Part shown: in pieces, positions 47,925-57,860 of the stretch
Numbering within the stretch: the stretch's first letter is position 1
Layout of the letters: each line of letters begins with the position of its first letter
NCBI GenBank assembly: GCA_965248925.1
Contig: CBDFLE010000006.1
Coordinates: forward strand, 2,944,001-3,008,000
DNA from: Candidatus Multivoradales bacterium
GTDB taxonomy: Bacteria; Acidobacteriota; Thermoanaerobaculia; Multivoradales; J023
DNA length: 64,000 nt
Direction: 5' to 3'
Translations under genes and position numbers: made by a program
The notes under the pieces: model-generated
Database searches by the model: none
Told to the model about the DNA's origin: nothing
Seen by the model: the letters and a program-made list of their open reading frames with translations, nothing else

Positions 47925-50543
47925 CTAGTCGGGTCTTACTGGGGTTGGTGGTGGTCTGATGCCGAGTTGACCGGCATAGCGCAGCGAGTCGGCAAGCTGC
48001 CGATCTTCGCTGTCGGCGCCGTCGGTGGCGAGGGCGACGAGGTATTCGTCGATCATCGCCAGCTCGGCGTCGAGGCCGCGGTCGCCAGCCAGGGCGGGGA
48101 TCTCTTGGCCCAGACCAGCTAACAAACTTCGTAGTTCTTGTAGCTGTTGGGCGGCGCTGTCGGGACCTCTATCGAACAGCACTTCAGCGGCCTGGCGCAG
48201 GCTCTCACGCAGTTCGATCTTCAGCCGGCCGCGCAGTACCGAGAGTTGTAATGGCCCCGGCTGGCGCTGGCCGGCGCGCAAGTTCAGTTGCTCGCGGGCG
48301 GTGCCGTTGCGCAACCGCACCAAGTCTTTGTAGCGCAGCGTGACCTCGGCCACCGCTCCGGGGCCGGGTACCACCAGATCGAGCAGCACGGTGTGCGAGT
48401 CGTCGGCTTGGAAAGCAGGAATGACGATCTGGATGCCTTCGTCGTCGCGGTCGCGATCGCTGGCGATGCCGAGATTGCGCGCCAGCCGCAGGTCGATGGC
48501 GCGCTCACCCTGCCGCACCTGCTCGCTGCGCAGTGCGTTCAGCGGTTGGGAGTCGTGGATCTCGACCAGGCGCACCCCGGCCGCTAAGCGGATATTCAAG
48601 CGCAGGGCTCGCGCCACTACCTGACCGACGGCCTCGACCTCGCGCCGCGCCACCACGGCGGCGTGGCTCGGATCGCCGATCCACCAGCGCCGACCTTGGC
48701 CAGCGAGAGCCAGCGGTTCGAGATCCTCGGCCTGCTCCGCATCGCCGAGGGCGACGGTGCTCAGGGCCAGGCCCGCCACCGCGTTGCGCCGCGCCAGATT
48801 CGCTATTTCGCCTCTGCCGCCAAGCCAGCGGTCGGTGAGCAGCAGCAGACTGCTCGAACCCCACGGGGCGGTCGGATCGTCACCGCGCGCTATCCGGTCG
48901 GTGGCTTGGCTGAGGGCGGAGCGAAGATCTTCCTCGTCCGGGTCGAAGGCGCCTGGCTGGCCTACGTGGGCAGTCGCGGTGAGATCGCCGAGGAAGAGGT
49001 GCAGCGGGCCATGGCGAAACTCCTCGGGCCGCAGCTCGCCGCCCTCGAAAGTAGTTAGAAGGTGGAAGCGGTCGCCGGGTTGGCGAGCTTGATCGAGGGC
49101 GAAGAGCAGCGCCCTTAGCGATTCGATCTGCGCGCCGGTGGGGACCTCGGTGAAGTCGAGCACCACGGCGATGTTCATCGCCGGCCGTTGGCCACTGCGC
49201 CGATCGGTGGAGCGCAGGCCGACTTGCAGCAACACCCGACTCTCGCCGTCGACCTGGCGATGATCGGCGTTCAGGTTGAGCGCTAGGGCGGCGCGCCGGG
49301 GCGCGTCGAAAGGAGGGTCCAGCGGTTGCGCGGCGTCGTGCAGCCGTAGTCGGGTCTCGGCCTGCTCTTCGAGGGTCGAGCGGTCCCACTGTTCGAGTTG
49401 GGCGCGCAGCAGGCGCAGCGCGGAATCCCCCGGCAAGTAGCTATTCGACCAATAGCCGGTGGGCGACTGGAAATGCAGCTCGTCGGTCCGGCGAAGCTGT
49501 TGTAGGAAGCGTCGGGCGAGCAGATTTGGCTCCTCGACGATCTCTTGCCCGGCCTCGAACGCTCTCCTGCCGGTATCCCGCGGGGATTCATAGAGGAGGC
49601 CACCGGCGGTGGGGTTGTACTTGGTGCTCAGCTCGCTCAGGCTGTCGGTGGTGTCGAGTTCCTGCTTGTTCTTCAGCTCATCGGTCAAGGTCGTTGTTAC
49701 CGCGCCCTCGATGTAAGCGCCGACGACCTTGGCCTTCTTGGGGGCTATCTTCGAGAGACCGAGTAGGCGGGCTTCAAGCTCGGTTTGCGAAGCTGCCGGT
49801 TCATGGCTGACGGTGGAGTAGACAGTAGAATGCACAGAGATCTCCTCCGCCTCCCCGACCACCTCGATGCTGTCGTCGAAGTCTTCGGCCCGGTAGATTT
49901 TCTCGTAGCTCGGGTCGGATTTAATCTGAATTGCCTCTTTCTTCTCCGCCACGATGGCAACCGCTTTTCCTCCCTGTCGCTCGTCTTCACCGCTTACCAC
50001 GCTGGGCCCATTGGCCAAGTAGCCGAGTGCCCGGAATTGCGGGTCGGTGCTGGGTTCAGTGTTGGCCTCTGATTCTCGGACGGTGCTTGGGGCTGGCGTC
50101 TGGGTGTCCGGAATGCCGAAAACAATGTCGGTGATTTCCGGTTCAGGTTGCTGCGGTCGTAGCCCTGATGGCTGCTCTAGCCCCCGCTGCGGCCATAGGA
50201 AGAAGGCGCCGACAGTCAGTCCGAGCAGGGCAGCAACGGCTGCGGAGGAGTACTTCAGTCGAGATCCCCAGTGACGCAGCTCAACAGTGGTTTCATCGGG
50301 TTCGGCGGAGTCATCTGTCGCTGTCGCCAGTTCGGGGCGTTGCAGCAGGGTGGCGACTGTCGCTGCCGGCGGTTCAATCTCTGGCAACTCGCCGAGCAGA
50401 CGGTCTAGATCACCCAGCGCGGCCAGCGTTGCTTGGCAGCTAGAGCACTTGTCGACGTGCTGTTGCATTTCAGAATCACGGTCGAGGGCCGCCTGGCCTT
50501 GAAGCGCCAGCACCGCCTCGATCGCATCGCAAGTCCAGCTCAT
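47925..50543 (-). CDS. Zinc-finger anti-sigma factor fused to a degenerate vWA domain
   Basis: HVDKCSSC (HxxxCxxC), TM helix, MNIAVVLDFT, LLLLTD, LSTVALG, VTLRYKD. Confidence 0.78.
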   Translation of the reverse strand: MSWTCDAIEAVLALQGQAALDRDSEMQQHVDKCSSCQATLAALGDLDRLLGELPEIEPPAATVATLLQRPELATATDDSAEPDETTVELRHWGSRLKYSSAAVAALLGLTVGAFFLWPQRGLEQPSGLRPQQPEPEITDIVFGIPDTQTPAPSTVRESEANTEPSTDPQFRALGYLANGPSVVSGEDERQGGKAVAIVAEKKEAIQIKSDPSYEKIYRAEDFDDSIEVVGEAEEISVHSTVYSTVSHEPAASQTELEARLLGLSKIAPKKAKVVGAYIEGAVTTTLTDELKNKQELDTTDSLSELSTKYNPTAGGLLYESPRDTGRRAFEAGQEIVEEPNLLARRFLQQLRRTDELHFQSPTGYWSNSYLPGDSALRLLRAQLEQWDRSTLEEQAETRLRLHDAAQPLDPPFDAPRRAALALNLNADHRQVDGESRVLLQVGLRSTDRRSGQRPAMNIAVVLDFTEVPTGAQIESLRALLFALDQARQPGDRFHLLTTFEGGELRPEEFRHGPLHLFLGDLTATAHVGQPGAFDPDEEDLRSALSQATDRIARGDDPTAPWGSSSLLLLTDRWLGGRGEIANLARRNAVAGLALSTVALGDAEQAEDLEPLALAGQGRRWWIGDPSHAAVVARREVEAVGQVVARALRLNIRLAAGVRLVEIHDSQPLNALRSEQVRQGERAIDLRLARNLGIASDRDRDDEGIQIVIPAFQADDSHTVLLDLVVPGPGAVAEVTLRYKDLVRLRNGTAREQLNLRAGQRQPGPLQLSVLRGRLKIELRESLRQAAEVLFDRGPDSAAQQLQELRSLLAGLGQEIPALAGDRGLDAELAMIDEYLVALATDGADSEDRQLADSLRYAGQLGIRPPPTPVRPD

Positions 50544-51181
50544 GAGACCTCCTCTGCGTGCGCAATCTGCTGCTGCTTGGCGAGTGCTTTCGCCAGGGTC
50601 AGGCGAGCTCGGCGCATGCGGCTCTTGACGGTATTGAGTGGGATTTCCAGGACTTTGGCGATCTCGGCCAGTGGTAGCTCTTCAACGCAGCCGAGCACTA
50701 GCACCTCGCGTTGTTCAGTGGGTAGGCAGGTGATCCGACGTTCCAGCCAGCCGATGGTCTGCCGAGCGCCCGAAGCCCGCTCGGCATCGGCTGCCGGGTC
50801 GGCCGGTTCCGGAGGTCCCAACCCGGCCAGCGCGGCTTCCTCACCCGGCGGCTCTGCGAACACGCGATCACGCACCCGCCGGCCACGCAGGTGATTGCGC
50901 ACCGTGTTGGCCACAATGGTGAAAATCCAAGGATGTAACGGCCGCTCAGCGCGGAAGCTCTGCGCCGCCCGGTGGACCTTGAGGAAGATGTCTTGAAACT
51001 GATCGTCGCGATCGGCCGCTGCCACCCCGCAGCGCACCAGGTAGCCGTAAACCGGTGCGCGATAACGCGCCACCAGCTCGGCAAAGGCAGTCTGGTCGCC
51101 GCGGCGATGGCGGATCAGCAGCTGGCGCTCTTCAAACGCCACCACCCGGCCGCTCGCCGGTGGTTCGACCGGTGCTGTCAT
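50540..51181 (-). CDS. ECF sigma factor
   Basis: GDQTAFAELVARY, WIFTIVANTVRN, EIAKVLEIPLNTVKSRMRRAR. Confidence 0.93.
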   Translation of the reverse strand: MTAPVEPPASGRVVAFEERQLLIRHRRGDQTAFAELVARYRAPVYGYLVRCGVAAADRDDQFQDIFLKVHRAAQSFRAERPLHPWIFTIVANTVRNHLRGRRVRDRVFAEPPGEEAALAGLGPPEPADPAADAERASGARQTIGWLERRITCLPTEQREVLVLGCVEELPLAEIAKVLEIPLNTVKSRMRRARLTLAKALAKQQQIAHAEEVS

Positions 51182-51223
51182 TGTCGTCTCCCGTAGCTGG
51201 TGAAGCTGTCGCACACACCAGCC

Positions 51224-51249
51224 ATACCCGCGAAGGGGAGAAAGGTTCC
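51224..51249 (-). promoter_or_regulatory. Putative ECF autoregulatory promoter
   Basis: GGAACC-N16-GTAT upstream of the ECF gene. Confidence 0.6.
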
Positions 51250-51285
51250 GCGGCGCGGTCGGCAGTGCGGGATTTCAGCCGGATC

Positions 51286-51666
51286 TCACCCCCAAAGGCG
51301 CTTGACTCCATATCTGTCGAGGACTCGGTCGCGCGAGAGAATCATGGCGGAACGTGCCAATGCCTGTGCCACCAGAAGCCGATCGAAAGGATCACGATGG
51401 TGCATCGGTAGCTGCCCCGCAGCAAGGGCTTCGTGAGGTTCTATGGGAAGCCACTCGAACCCAGAATCCTCAACCACTTGCAGAAGATTCGCAGGCATTG
51501 GCAATTTACCGAGAGCATCCTTGATCGAGATCTCCCAACAACTCGCGGTGCTGACCACGGCCCTGACCTCAGTGCCGGCAACAAGCTCGCTACAGGCCTG
51601 GGGTAGCCGCGGGTCATCGGTTAGCCACCAAAGTAGAGCATGGGTGTCAATCAGAACTGTCCGCAC
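51286..51666 (-). CDS. vapC: VapC/PIN toxin
   Basis: LIDTHALLWW, SCWEISIK, HHRDPFDRLLVAQA, SRD. Confidence 0.92.
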   Translation of the reverse strand: MRTVLIDTHALLWWLTDDPRLPQACSELVAGTEVRAVVSTASCWEISIKDALGKLPMPANLLQVVEDSGFEWLPIEPHEALAAGQLPMHHRDPFDRLLVAQALARSAMILSRDRVLDRYGVKRLWG

Positions 51667-51889
51667 CGTAGATCGCCTCCTCCAGGTCAGGCAGCGGCTC
51701 ATCGAAGTCGTCCGGGACCTGGAGCTTGCCCTTCAATAGACCGCGGATCCTGCGAGGTTGCGGCTGATATGGCTTCAGCTCGACCAACGGCTTGCCGGAA
51801 CGGGCGATCACCACCCGTTCTCCGTCAAGAGCTTGGCGGATCAGGCGAGAGAGCTGAGTCTTGGCTTCGTAGCTGTTTACGACGATCAT
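51647..51889 (-). CDS. Phd/YefM family antitoxin
   Basis: VNSYEAKTQLSRLI...GERVVIARSGKP...DDFDEPLP. Confidence 0.92.
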   Translation of the reverse strand: MIVVNSYEAKTQLSRLIRQALDGERVVIARSGKPLVELKPYQPQPRRIRGLLKGKLQVPDDFDEPLPDLEEAIYGADSSD

Positions 51890-51905
51890 GACCCCAGACT
51901 ACCAG

Positions 51906-51926
51906 AGTTGGTCTAGTTGGTCTAGT
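51906..51926. promoter_or_regulatory. Tandem 9-bp repeat, probable TA operator
   Basis: AGTTGGTCT twice, immediately upstream of the antitoxin start. Confidence 0.5.
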
Positions 51927-51953
51927 GTGAAGAGACTTACAGCGTTGCAAGAT

Positions 51954-54443
51954 TCAATCGTCGCGCAGAGCTTCCATCGGGCTGATTCTGGCGGCGCGTA
52001 GGGCCGGTACCAGGCCGGCGATGAGGGCCACGAAGAGCATCAGTAGGGTGGCACTGAGCAGCACTCGCGGGTCGTGGCTCTCAAGTTCGTAAAGCAGCGA
52101 GCGACCGGCGCGGCCAACGCCGAGGGCGGCAAGAACCCCGAGCAAGGCCCCTGGCACCACCAGCCAGCCGACCTGCCGCAGCACCATCTTGCAAATCCGC
52201 GGGCCGTCGGCGCCGAGGGCCATGCGCAGGCCGATCTCGCGGGTGCGTTGGCTGATCGCGTAGGCCAGCACGCCATAAAGGCCGATGGCGGCGAGCACCG
52301 TGGCGAGCAGCGCGAAGCTGCCCGACAGGGTGCTCAGAACGCGGTCCAGGACCAATTTCTCGCGCACTTGCACCGCCATGGTGCGCAGATTCTCGACCGG
52401 CAGGTTGGTATCGACCTGGCTGACCACTTTGCGCAGGATGGCCAGCAGGGTTTCGGGATCGCTGGTCGCGCGGACGTAGAAGTTCATCGCGCCGTGTTCT
52501 TCGCTCTGCCGGTTGGCCAAGAAGAACTGGGGTGGGATGGCTTCTTTAACACTGTGGTAGCTGGTGTCCGCCACCAGGCCGATAATTTCTATGTCGAGTT
52601 CGGCTGCGTTGCCAGTGCTGGTCCCCATCCGTCGGCCGACGACGTCTGTTCCGAGGCCAAATTTGCGCGCGAAGCCCTCGTTGACGATCGCCACTTTAGG
52701 CGCGCCGAGGTCGTCGCGCGGGGCAAAGTCGCGGCCGGCCAGCAGTTGGATGCCGACGGTCTCCAGGAAGCCGCTACCAACCTCGTTGAAGCGAGCGTTC
52801 GAATCGACATCGGGACCGCCGACAAATCCCTCCACCGAGACGCCTGAACCCCAGCTACTGCCGGCGATCAACGGCACTAGCGAGCTGGCGATGCCGCGAA
52901 CTCCGGGCAGTGCGCCGACCTCGCGCTCGACGCGGGCGAAGAAGGCGCGCGAGTCGGTCTTGCTGTAGCCGTTGAGTTCGGGGGCTACGGCAAAAGTGGC
53001 GAGCTGCTCGATCTCCATGCCGAGGTCAACCCGGCCGACATTGAGCAAGCTCTTGGTGAATAACCCGGCAGATACCAGCAGGGTCATCGACAGGGCGATC
53101 TGCAGGGTCACCATGGCGGTGCGGAAACGGCTGGCGGCCGGCGAACTGGCCAGGCGGAGATTCTTCAAGGAACTGGCCAGGTCGTGCTTGGTGGCGTGGA
53201 TCGCTGGGTAGAGCCCGGCCAGTCCAGCTATCCCCGCCAACACGGCCATGAACAGCCAAGTGATCGGCGACAACTCCAGGCTGATTCCCATACCGGCGTC
53301 GCTTGGCAGGATCGAGAACAGCATTCGCAGGGTCCCTTGTGCCACTAGCAAACCGAAGAAGGCGCCGCAGATCGCCAACAAGAACGACTCCGCTAGCAGC
53401 TGGGTCAGCAAGAAGCGTCGCGGGGCACCTAGGGACAGCCGGACGGCAAACTCGCTGGCTCGATTACTGGCTTTGGTGAGCAGGAGATTGGCGACGTTGG
53501 CGGCGGCGATCAAGAGCACAAAGGCGGTCACCCCGAGTAGTAGCAGCAGTGGCGTGCGCAACTCCGCGGTGACCGAACTCTGCCCTTTGTCACCGCGGAC
53601 CAAGTCGATCGGTTTGGCCTTGAAGCGCTCCAGAGTTTCTTCGCTGAAAGTTTGAAGCGGCACCTCGACCTCGAGCAGGATCGCTTGGTATTGGCTGGTC
53701 AGCGCGGCGCCGGCGCTGGCCATGCTCTGTTCGGCTGGCAGCCGACCGAAGAGATAAATCCAGTAAGTGCGACGGCTGTCGAAGCCCTGCCAACCGGGAC
53801 TCATCAGCGCTTTCATGCTGATCGGCACGAAGATCTGCGGCAGATTGCCGAGAGTAGTGCCCTTGAATCCGCGTGGCGCCACTCCCAGGATGGTCATTGG
53901 CTGGCCGTTGATCTCCAGCGGCTCGCCGACTATCGCCGGGTCGGAATTGAACCGGCTTTGCCAATAGGCGTGGCTGATCACCGCCACCGGATGAGCCCCT
54001 GGGTCGCGGTCGTCGTCCGCGGTCAACAGTCGGCCCAGAGCCGGATGCAGACCGAGTACCTCGAAGTAGTTGCCCGAGACCAACACCCCCTCGCCGCTGA
54101 GCGTGGTGCCTTGATAGCCGAGGTTGGCGCCGAAGGCATTGTGCGCCGCCAAACCATCGAGGGGACCTTGGAGGCGCTCCAAGTCGCGGAACATCGGGTA
54201 GCTGAACACCGACTCCGACCCCCCCGCGTTGCCGGCGGAGACCGAGCCGGATTTCGGGCCTGGCGAACTCAGGTTGACCAGCTGTCCGGGCTCCTCCACG
54301 GGCAGTGCGCGCAGAATCGTCTGCTCAAAGATCGAGAAGATTGCCGCGTTGGCGCCGATTCCGAGTCCTAACGAAACGATGGCGATGACGGTGATCAGAG
54401 GCGTCTTGAGCAGCGAGCGAACGACGAGGCGGGGGTTGAGCAC
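51954..54443 (-). CDS. ADOP-type duplicated ABC permease (MacB-PCD/FtsX x2)
   Basis: SLGLGIGANAAIFS, LLIAAANVANLLL, AIGLYGVLAY..SQRTREIGLRMALGA, ends PMEALRDD; no adjacent ATPase. Confidence 0.92.
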   Translation of the reverse strand: MLNPRLVVRSLLKTPLITVIAIVSLGLGIGANAAIFSIFEQTILRALPVEEPGQLVNLSSPGPKSGSVSAGNAGGSESVFSYPMFRDLERLQGPLDGLAAHNAFGANLGYQGTTLSGEGVLVSGNYFEVLGLHPALGRLLTADDDRDPGAHPVAVISHAYWQSRFNSDPAIVGEPLEINGQPMTILGVAPRGFKGTTLGNLPQIFVPISMKALMSPGWQGFDSRRTYWIYLFGRLPAEQSMASAGAALTSQYQAILLEVEVPLQTFSEETLERFKAKPIDLVRGDKGQSSVTAELRTPLLLLLGVTAFVLLIAAANVANLLLTKASNRASEFAVRLSLGAPRRFLLTQLLAESFLLAICGAFFGLLVAQGTLRMLFSILPSDAGMGISLELSPITWLFMAVLAGIAGLAGLYPAIHATKHDLASSLKNLRLASSPAASRFRTAMVTLQIALSMTLLVSAGLFTKSLLNVGRVDLGMEIEQLATFAVAPELNGYSKTDSRAFFARVEREVGALPGVRGIASSLVPLIAGSSWGSGVSVEGFVGGPDVDSNARFNEVGSGFLETVGIQLLAGRDFAPRDDLGAPKVAIVNEGFARKFGLGTDVVGRRMGTSTGNAAELDIEIIGLVADTSYHSVKEAIPPQFFLANRQSEEHGAMNFYVRATSDPETLLAILRKVVSQVDTNLPVENLRTMAVQVREKLVLDRVLSTLSGSFALLATVLAAIGLYGVLAYAISQRTREIGLRMALGADGPRICKMVLRQVGWLVVPGALLGVLAALGVGRAGRSLLYELESHDPRVLLSATLLMLFVALIAGLVPALRAARISPMEALRDD

Positions 54444-54583
54444 AGCAGTCTCCCGAAAATTGACGGACTTACGCTAAGTTCATACGGTGATACGCCGGGA
54501 GGTCGTTGAGAGTTACCAGTAGGTTGTCGCCACTTGATCTGGTTACTCTACAATCAGAATCACAACTCAAGAAGGAGCGAACT

Positions 54584-55030
54584 ATGTACCCGATGGTACG
54601 AACGGTTCTGGCGGTTGTCGCTGGCTATGTGCTGATGGTGGTTATCGTCGTTGGGAGTCTTGGCCTGGCCTGGTGGGTACTCGGAGCTGACGGTGCCTTT
54701 GCCGGGGAAGGTCCCTACCCGTCCACCGGCTGGTTGGCTTTCAGCGTCATTGGCGGTTTCATCGCCGCCATCCTCGGTGGCTTTCTAGTCCGTCACTTGG
54801 GCGGCTCGGCAGCCGCGGTCAAGGGCCTGGTCGCCTTGGTCCTGGTCTTGGGCCTGATCGGCGTCCTGACCGGCGGCGGCAACAAAGGCAAGAACCCCGT
54901 CGCCGACAAGGCGGTGGCCGAGATGAGCTGGGGCGAGGCGGGCCAGCATGCGCAGCAGCCCACTTGGTACAACTGGTTGATCCCTCTGCTGGGTGCCGCC
55001 GGCGTGGTGCTCGGTGGACGACGGGACTAG
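54584..55030 (+). CDS. Four-TM membrane protein
   Basis: AAGGAG RBS; hydrophobic helices. Confidence 0.78.
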   Translation: MYPMVRTVLAVVAGYVLMVVIVVGSLGLAWWVLGADGAFAGEGPYPSTGWLAFSVIGGFIAAILGGFLVRHLGGSAAAVKGLVALVLVLGLIGVLTGGGNKGKNPVADKAVAEMSWGEAGQHAQQPTWYNWLIPLLGAAGVVLGGRRD

Positions 55031-55055
55031 CGGGGGTCTGGTAGACAGAATTCAG

Positions 55056-55084
55056 GCTGGCGCCGAGAGTTTGTCGGCGCCAGC
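55056..55084. terminator. Hairpin between convergent genes
   Basis: GCTGGCGCCGA-N7-TCGGCGCCAGC. Confidence 0.6.
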
Positions 55085-55116
55085 TTCCCAGTTAGCGTTC
55101 GTCGCTAATGGTGGGC

Positions 55117-56586
55117 TTAGTCCGTTCCCGCGGTCACTCCGTTCCAGTGATAGGACTCCTGGTTGCTGTCCGCCAGCGCTGTCAGGCTGATGAAATCAGT
55201 GTCCTGGTGGTAGCTGGTGAAGACAATGTCGTCGCGGGCTTCGCGCATCTCCTTGGCGCGCACGGCGTCGTGCTGCTCGTACTCGTAGAAGTGCCGGCGT
55301 AGCATCTCGAAGGCCTTGGCGCGCTCGCCGAGTTGGGCGTGGATCGCCGCCAGATTGTAGGACGCTGGCAGCAGGTCGTGGTGAGCTTCGGCCATCTTGC
55401 GTGCCTCGTCGGCCTGGCCGAGGGTGACGAAGTAGGTGGCGGCGAAGACCTGGTTGTAGGCGTCTTCGGGCTCCAGGGCGAGTGCTTTCTGGGTGCATCC
55501 CCAGGCTTTATCGGTTTCTTTCTCCGAATTCCAGAAAACCGCCAGGTTGCGATAGGCGAGGGCCAGCGGGTAGCTGTCGATCGAGCGCTCGAAGAGGGCC
55601 ACGCCATCCTCGAATTTGCCACTGTGGATGGTCATTTTGCCCAGGCCGTGCAGGGCGACGGCCCGCGACAGGCGGTCGGAGGGGCGCTCGAGCAATTGGC
55701 TAAAGATCTGCCGTGCCAGCTGCCAGTCGCCGGTGTGGTGGCGGTGTAGTTCGCCGAGGAAACGCAGTACCACTGGATCTGCCGGGTCGAGACTCTGCGC
55801 CTTCTCGTACAGCCGTTGCGCCTGAGCCAGGTCTTCGATCCGCTCGGCGGCCAGACCCGCTTCCATCCAGCGCTCCATCTTGACTGAAGTGCGGCGGCCG
55901 AGATCGGGGCGCGGGAATTCAGGGGCGTCGAGATCGAGGCCGGCGATATCCACCTTGCGGCCCATCTTCTTCAGCGCTTTGGCGGCTTTCTTGCCCGAGG
56001 AGGGGAACAAGCATGCCTGCTTGACGACTTCACCGTAGAGTTCGGCGGCGGCGTCCTGGGCGCCCGCTTTATTCTTGGCTTTGGCCTGTTTCAGCGCTTG
56101 CTTGACCCGGTCTTCTCGCTTCTCGAGTTCAGTGCGAACCAGCTTCTCCACCGGGGTGGCGTTGAGCTGGCCATCGGCAGCCTCCACCCGGCCGATCTCC
56201 TTGCCGTCGCTGCTGGCCAGCACGGCCGTCGGTGCGCCGTTGACCGCGAATCGCCGGCGCAGGGCATTGTTCTCAGCCGGCACCATGCCGACACCGACGC
56301 ATTGTGCCGACCACAGCGTCAGGGAGCGGGAAGTGCGCAAGGCCGAACCATTGACCTGCTCTTTCGACATCGGGAACCAATAGACCACCAGATCGCCGGC
56401 CGGTGGTGCGACCCCGCCGACGGTGACCCAGGGGACGTGGTAGACCTGCGGTGCCGAGCTGGTGATGCCGCCGGTGCCGCCACCACCGCCACCACCACAA
56501 GTAGCCCAGACGGGCGCGACAATCAGCTGCGCGGCAAGGGCCACGGTGAGCAACTGGGCGAAGAATCGAGAGGGTGAGCGATTCAT
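55117..56586 (-). CDS. Exported TPR protein with N-terminal Cys-polyGly motif
   Basis: Signal peptide, TCGGGGGGGTGG, possible thioredoxin-like segment, TPR repeats. Confidence 0.8.
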   Translation of the reverse strand: MNRSPSRFFAQLLTVALAAQLIVAPVWATCGGGGGGGTGGITSSAPQVYHVPWVTVGGVAPPAGDLVVYWFPMSKEQVNGSALRTSRSLTLWSAQCVGVGMVPAENNALRRRFAVNGAPTAVLASSDGKEIGRVEAADGQLNATPVEKLVRTELEKREDRVKQALKQAKAKNKAGAQDAAAELYGEVVKQACLFPSSGKKAAKALKKMGRKVDIAGLDLDAPEFPRPDLGRRTSVKMERWMEAGLAAERIEDLAQAQRLYEKAQSLDPADPVVLRFLGELHRHHTGDWQLARQIFSQLLERPSDRLSRAVALHGLGKMTIHSGKFEDGVALFERSIDSYPLALAYRNLAVFWNSEKETDKAWGCTQKALALEPEDAYNQVFAATYFVTLGQADEARKMAEAHHDLLPASYNLAAIHAQLGERAKAFEMLRRHFYEYEQHDAVRAKEMREARDDIVFTSYHQDTDFISLTALADSNQESYHWNGVTAGTD

Positions 56587-56670
56587 TTCGGGGCTCCTAG
56601 AGGAAAAGGCGGAATCTCGAACGCTAGTCGGCAATGCTCTCATGAACTGAGTGCCGGCATGGCCTAGGGC

Positions 56671-57843
56671 TCAATCAGCGGCAACTTCAGCGCGGATCTC
56701 GGCGTTGTGCTCGCCCAACCGGGGTGGATGGCGGCGGTAGGTCGGGCCACCGGCGGAGAGTTGGATCGGACAACCGATCGAGCGTACCAAGCCGGCCAGC
56801 GGGTGTTCCAGCTCGACCACCATGCCGCGCTCCAGCAGCTGCTCGTCTTGCAGGGTTTCTTCAGGAAGATGGATCGGTCCGGCGGGGATGCCGGCGGCGG
56901 CGAAATCGCCCAGCCAGTCGGCGGCATCGCGTTCTACCAGCAGGTTCTCGAGTTGAGCGATCAGCAGCTGGCGGTGCTGATTGCGGCTGGCATTGTTGGC
57001 GAAGCGCGGGTCCTTGGCCAGTGCGCCGCTAGGGTCGAGAAGCAGGCAGGTCCCTTGCCACAGACGCTCGTTGCCGATCGCCACCAGCAGCAGCTTGTCG
57101 CGTGCCCGTAGCGGCTGGTAAGGGGTGATCGAAGGGTGGGCGTTGCCCAGTCGGTGTGGCTTCTGCCCGGCCACCAGCAAGCTGCCGCCGAGATTCGCCA
57201 GCCAGGTGACTTGACTGTCGAGCAGCGCCACATCGACCATCTGACCCCGGCCGTTGCTCCCCGGCCGATCGCGAGCCCACAGCGCCGAGAGGATGCCGAT
57301 CAGACTGTAGAGACCGGCCGAAATATCCGCCATCGGGGTGGGGAAACGTGCCGGCCCACCCTCGGGATCGCCGGTCAGTGCCATCAGCCCGGCCTCGCCC
57401 TGGGCGATCAGGTCGTAGCCCGGCTGGCCGGCGCGCGGGCCGCTGTGGCCGTAGCCACTGATGCCGGCCCAGATTAAGCGCGGGTTGAGAGTCGCCAGGG
57501 TTGTCGGATCGAGCTGCGCGCGCTCAAGCGAGGCGAGCCGCGGGTTGTTGGTCAGAAAGACGTCGGTCCGCGCGATCAGCCGGTGCAGCAAAGCGAGATC
57601 GTCCGCCGCCTTGAGGTCGAGTTCCAGGCTGCGCTTGTTGCGATTGGTAGACAGAAAGTAGGCGCTCTCGCCAGCGACAAAGGGGGGGCCCCAACCCCGC
57701 GATTGATCGCCCACTCCGGGGCGTTCGACCTTGATTACCTCGGCTCCCAGGTCGCCGAGCATCATCGCGCAGTAGGGGCCGGCCAGTGCTTCGGTGACTT
57801 CGACTACCCGCAACCCGGCCAGGGGGGAGGTGGTGCTCGACAT
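56671..57843 (-). CDS. CaiB/BaiF family III CoA-transferase
   Basis: LAGLRVVE, AGPYC, LGAEVIKVE, NRNKRS, PGYD. Confidence 0.93.
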   Translation of the reverse strand: MSSTTSPLAGLRVVEVTEALAGPYCAMMLGDLGAEVIKVERPGVGDQSRGWGPPFVAGESAYFLSTNRNKRSLELDLKAADDLALLHRLIARTDVFLTNNPRLASLERAQLDPTTLATLNPRLIWAGISGYGHSGPRAGQPGYDLIAQGEAGLMALTGDPEGGPARFPTPMADISAGLYSLIGILSALWARDRPGSNGRGQMVDVALLDSQVTWLANLGGSLLVAGQKPHRLGNAHPSITPYQPLRARDKLLLVAIGNERLWQGTCLLLDPSGALAKDPRFANNASRNQHRQLLIAQLENLLVERDAADWLGDFAAAGIPAGPIHLPEETLQDEQLLERGMVVELEHPLAGLVRSIGCPIQLSAGGPTYRRHPPRLGEHNAEIRAEVAAD

Positions 57844-57860
57844 AGGTTCGCGAATCTCCA

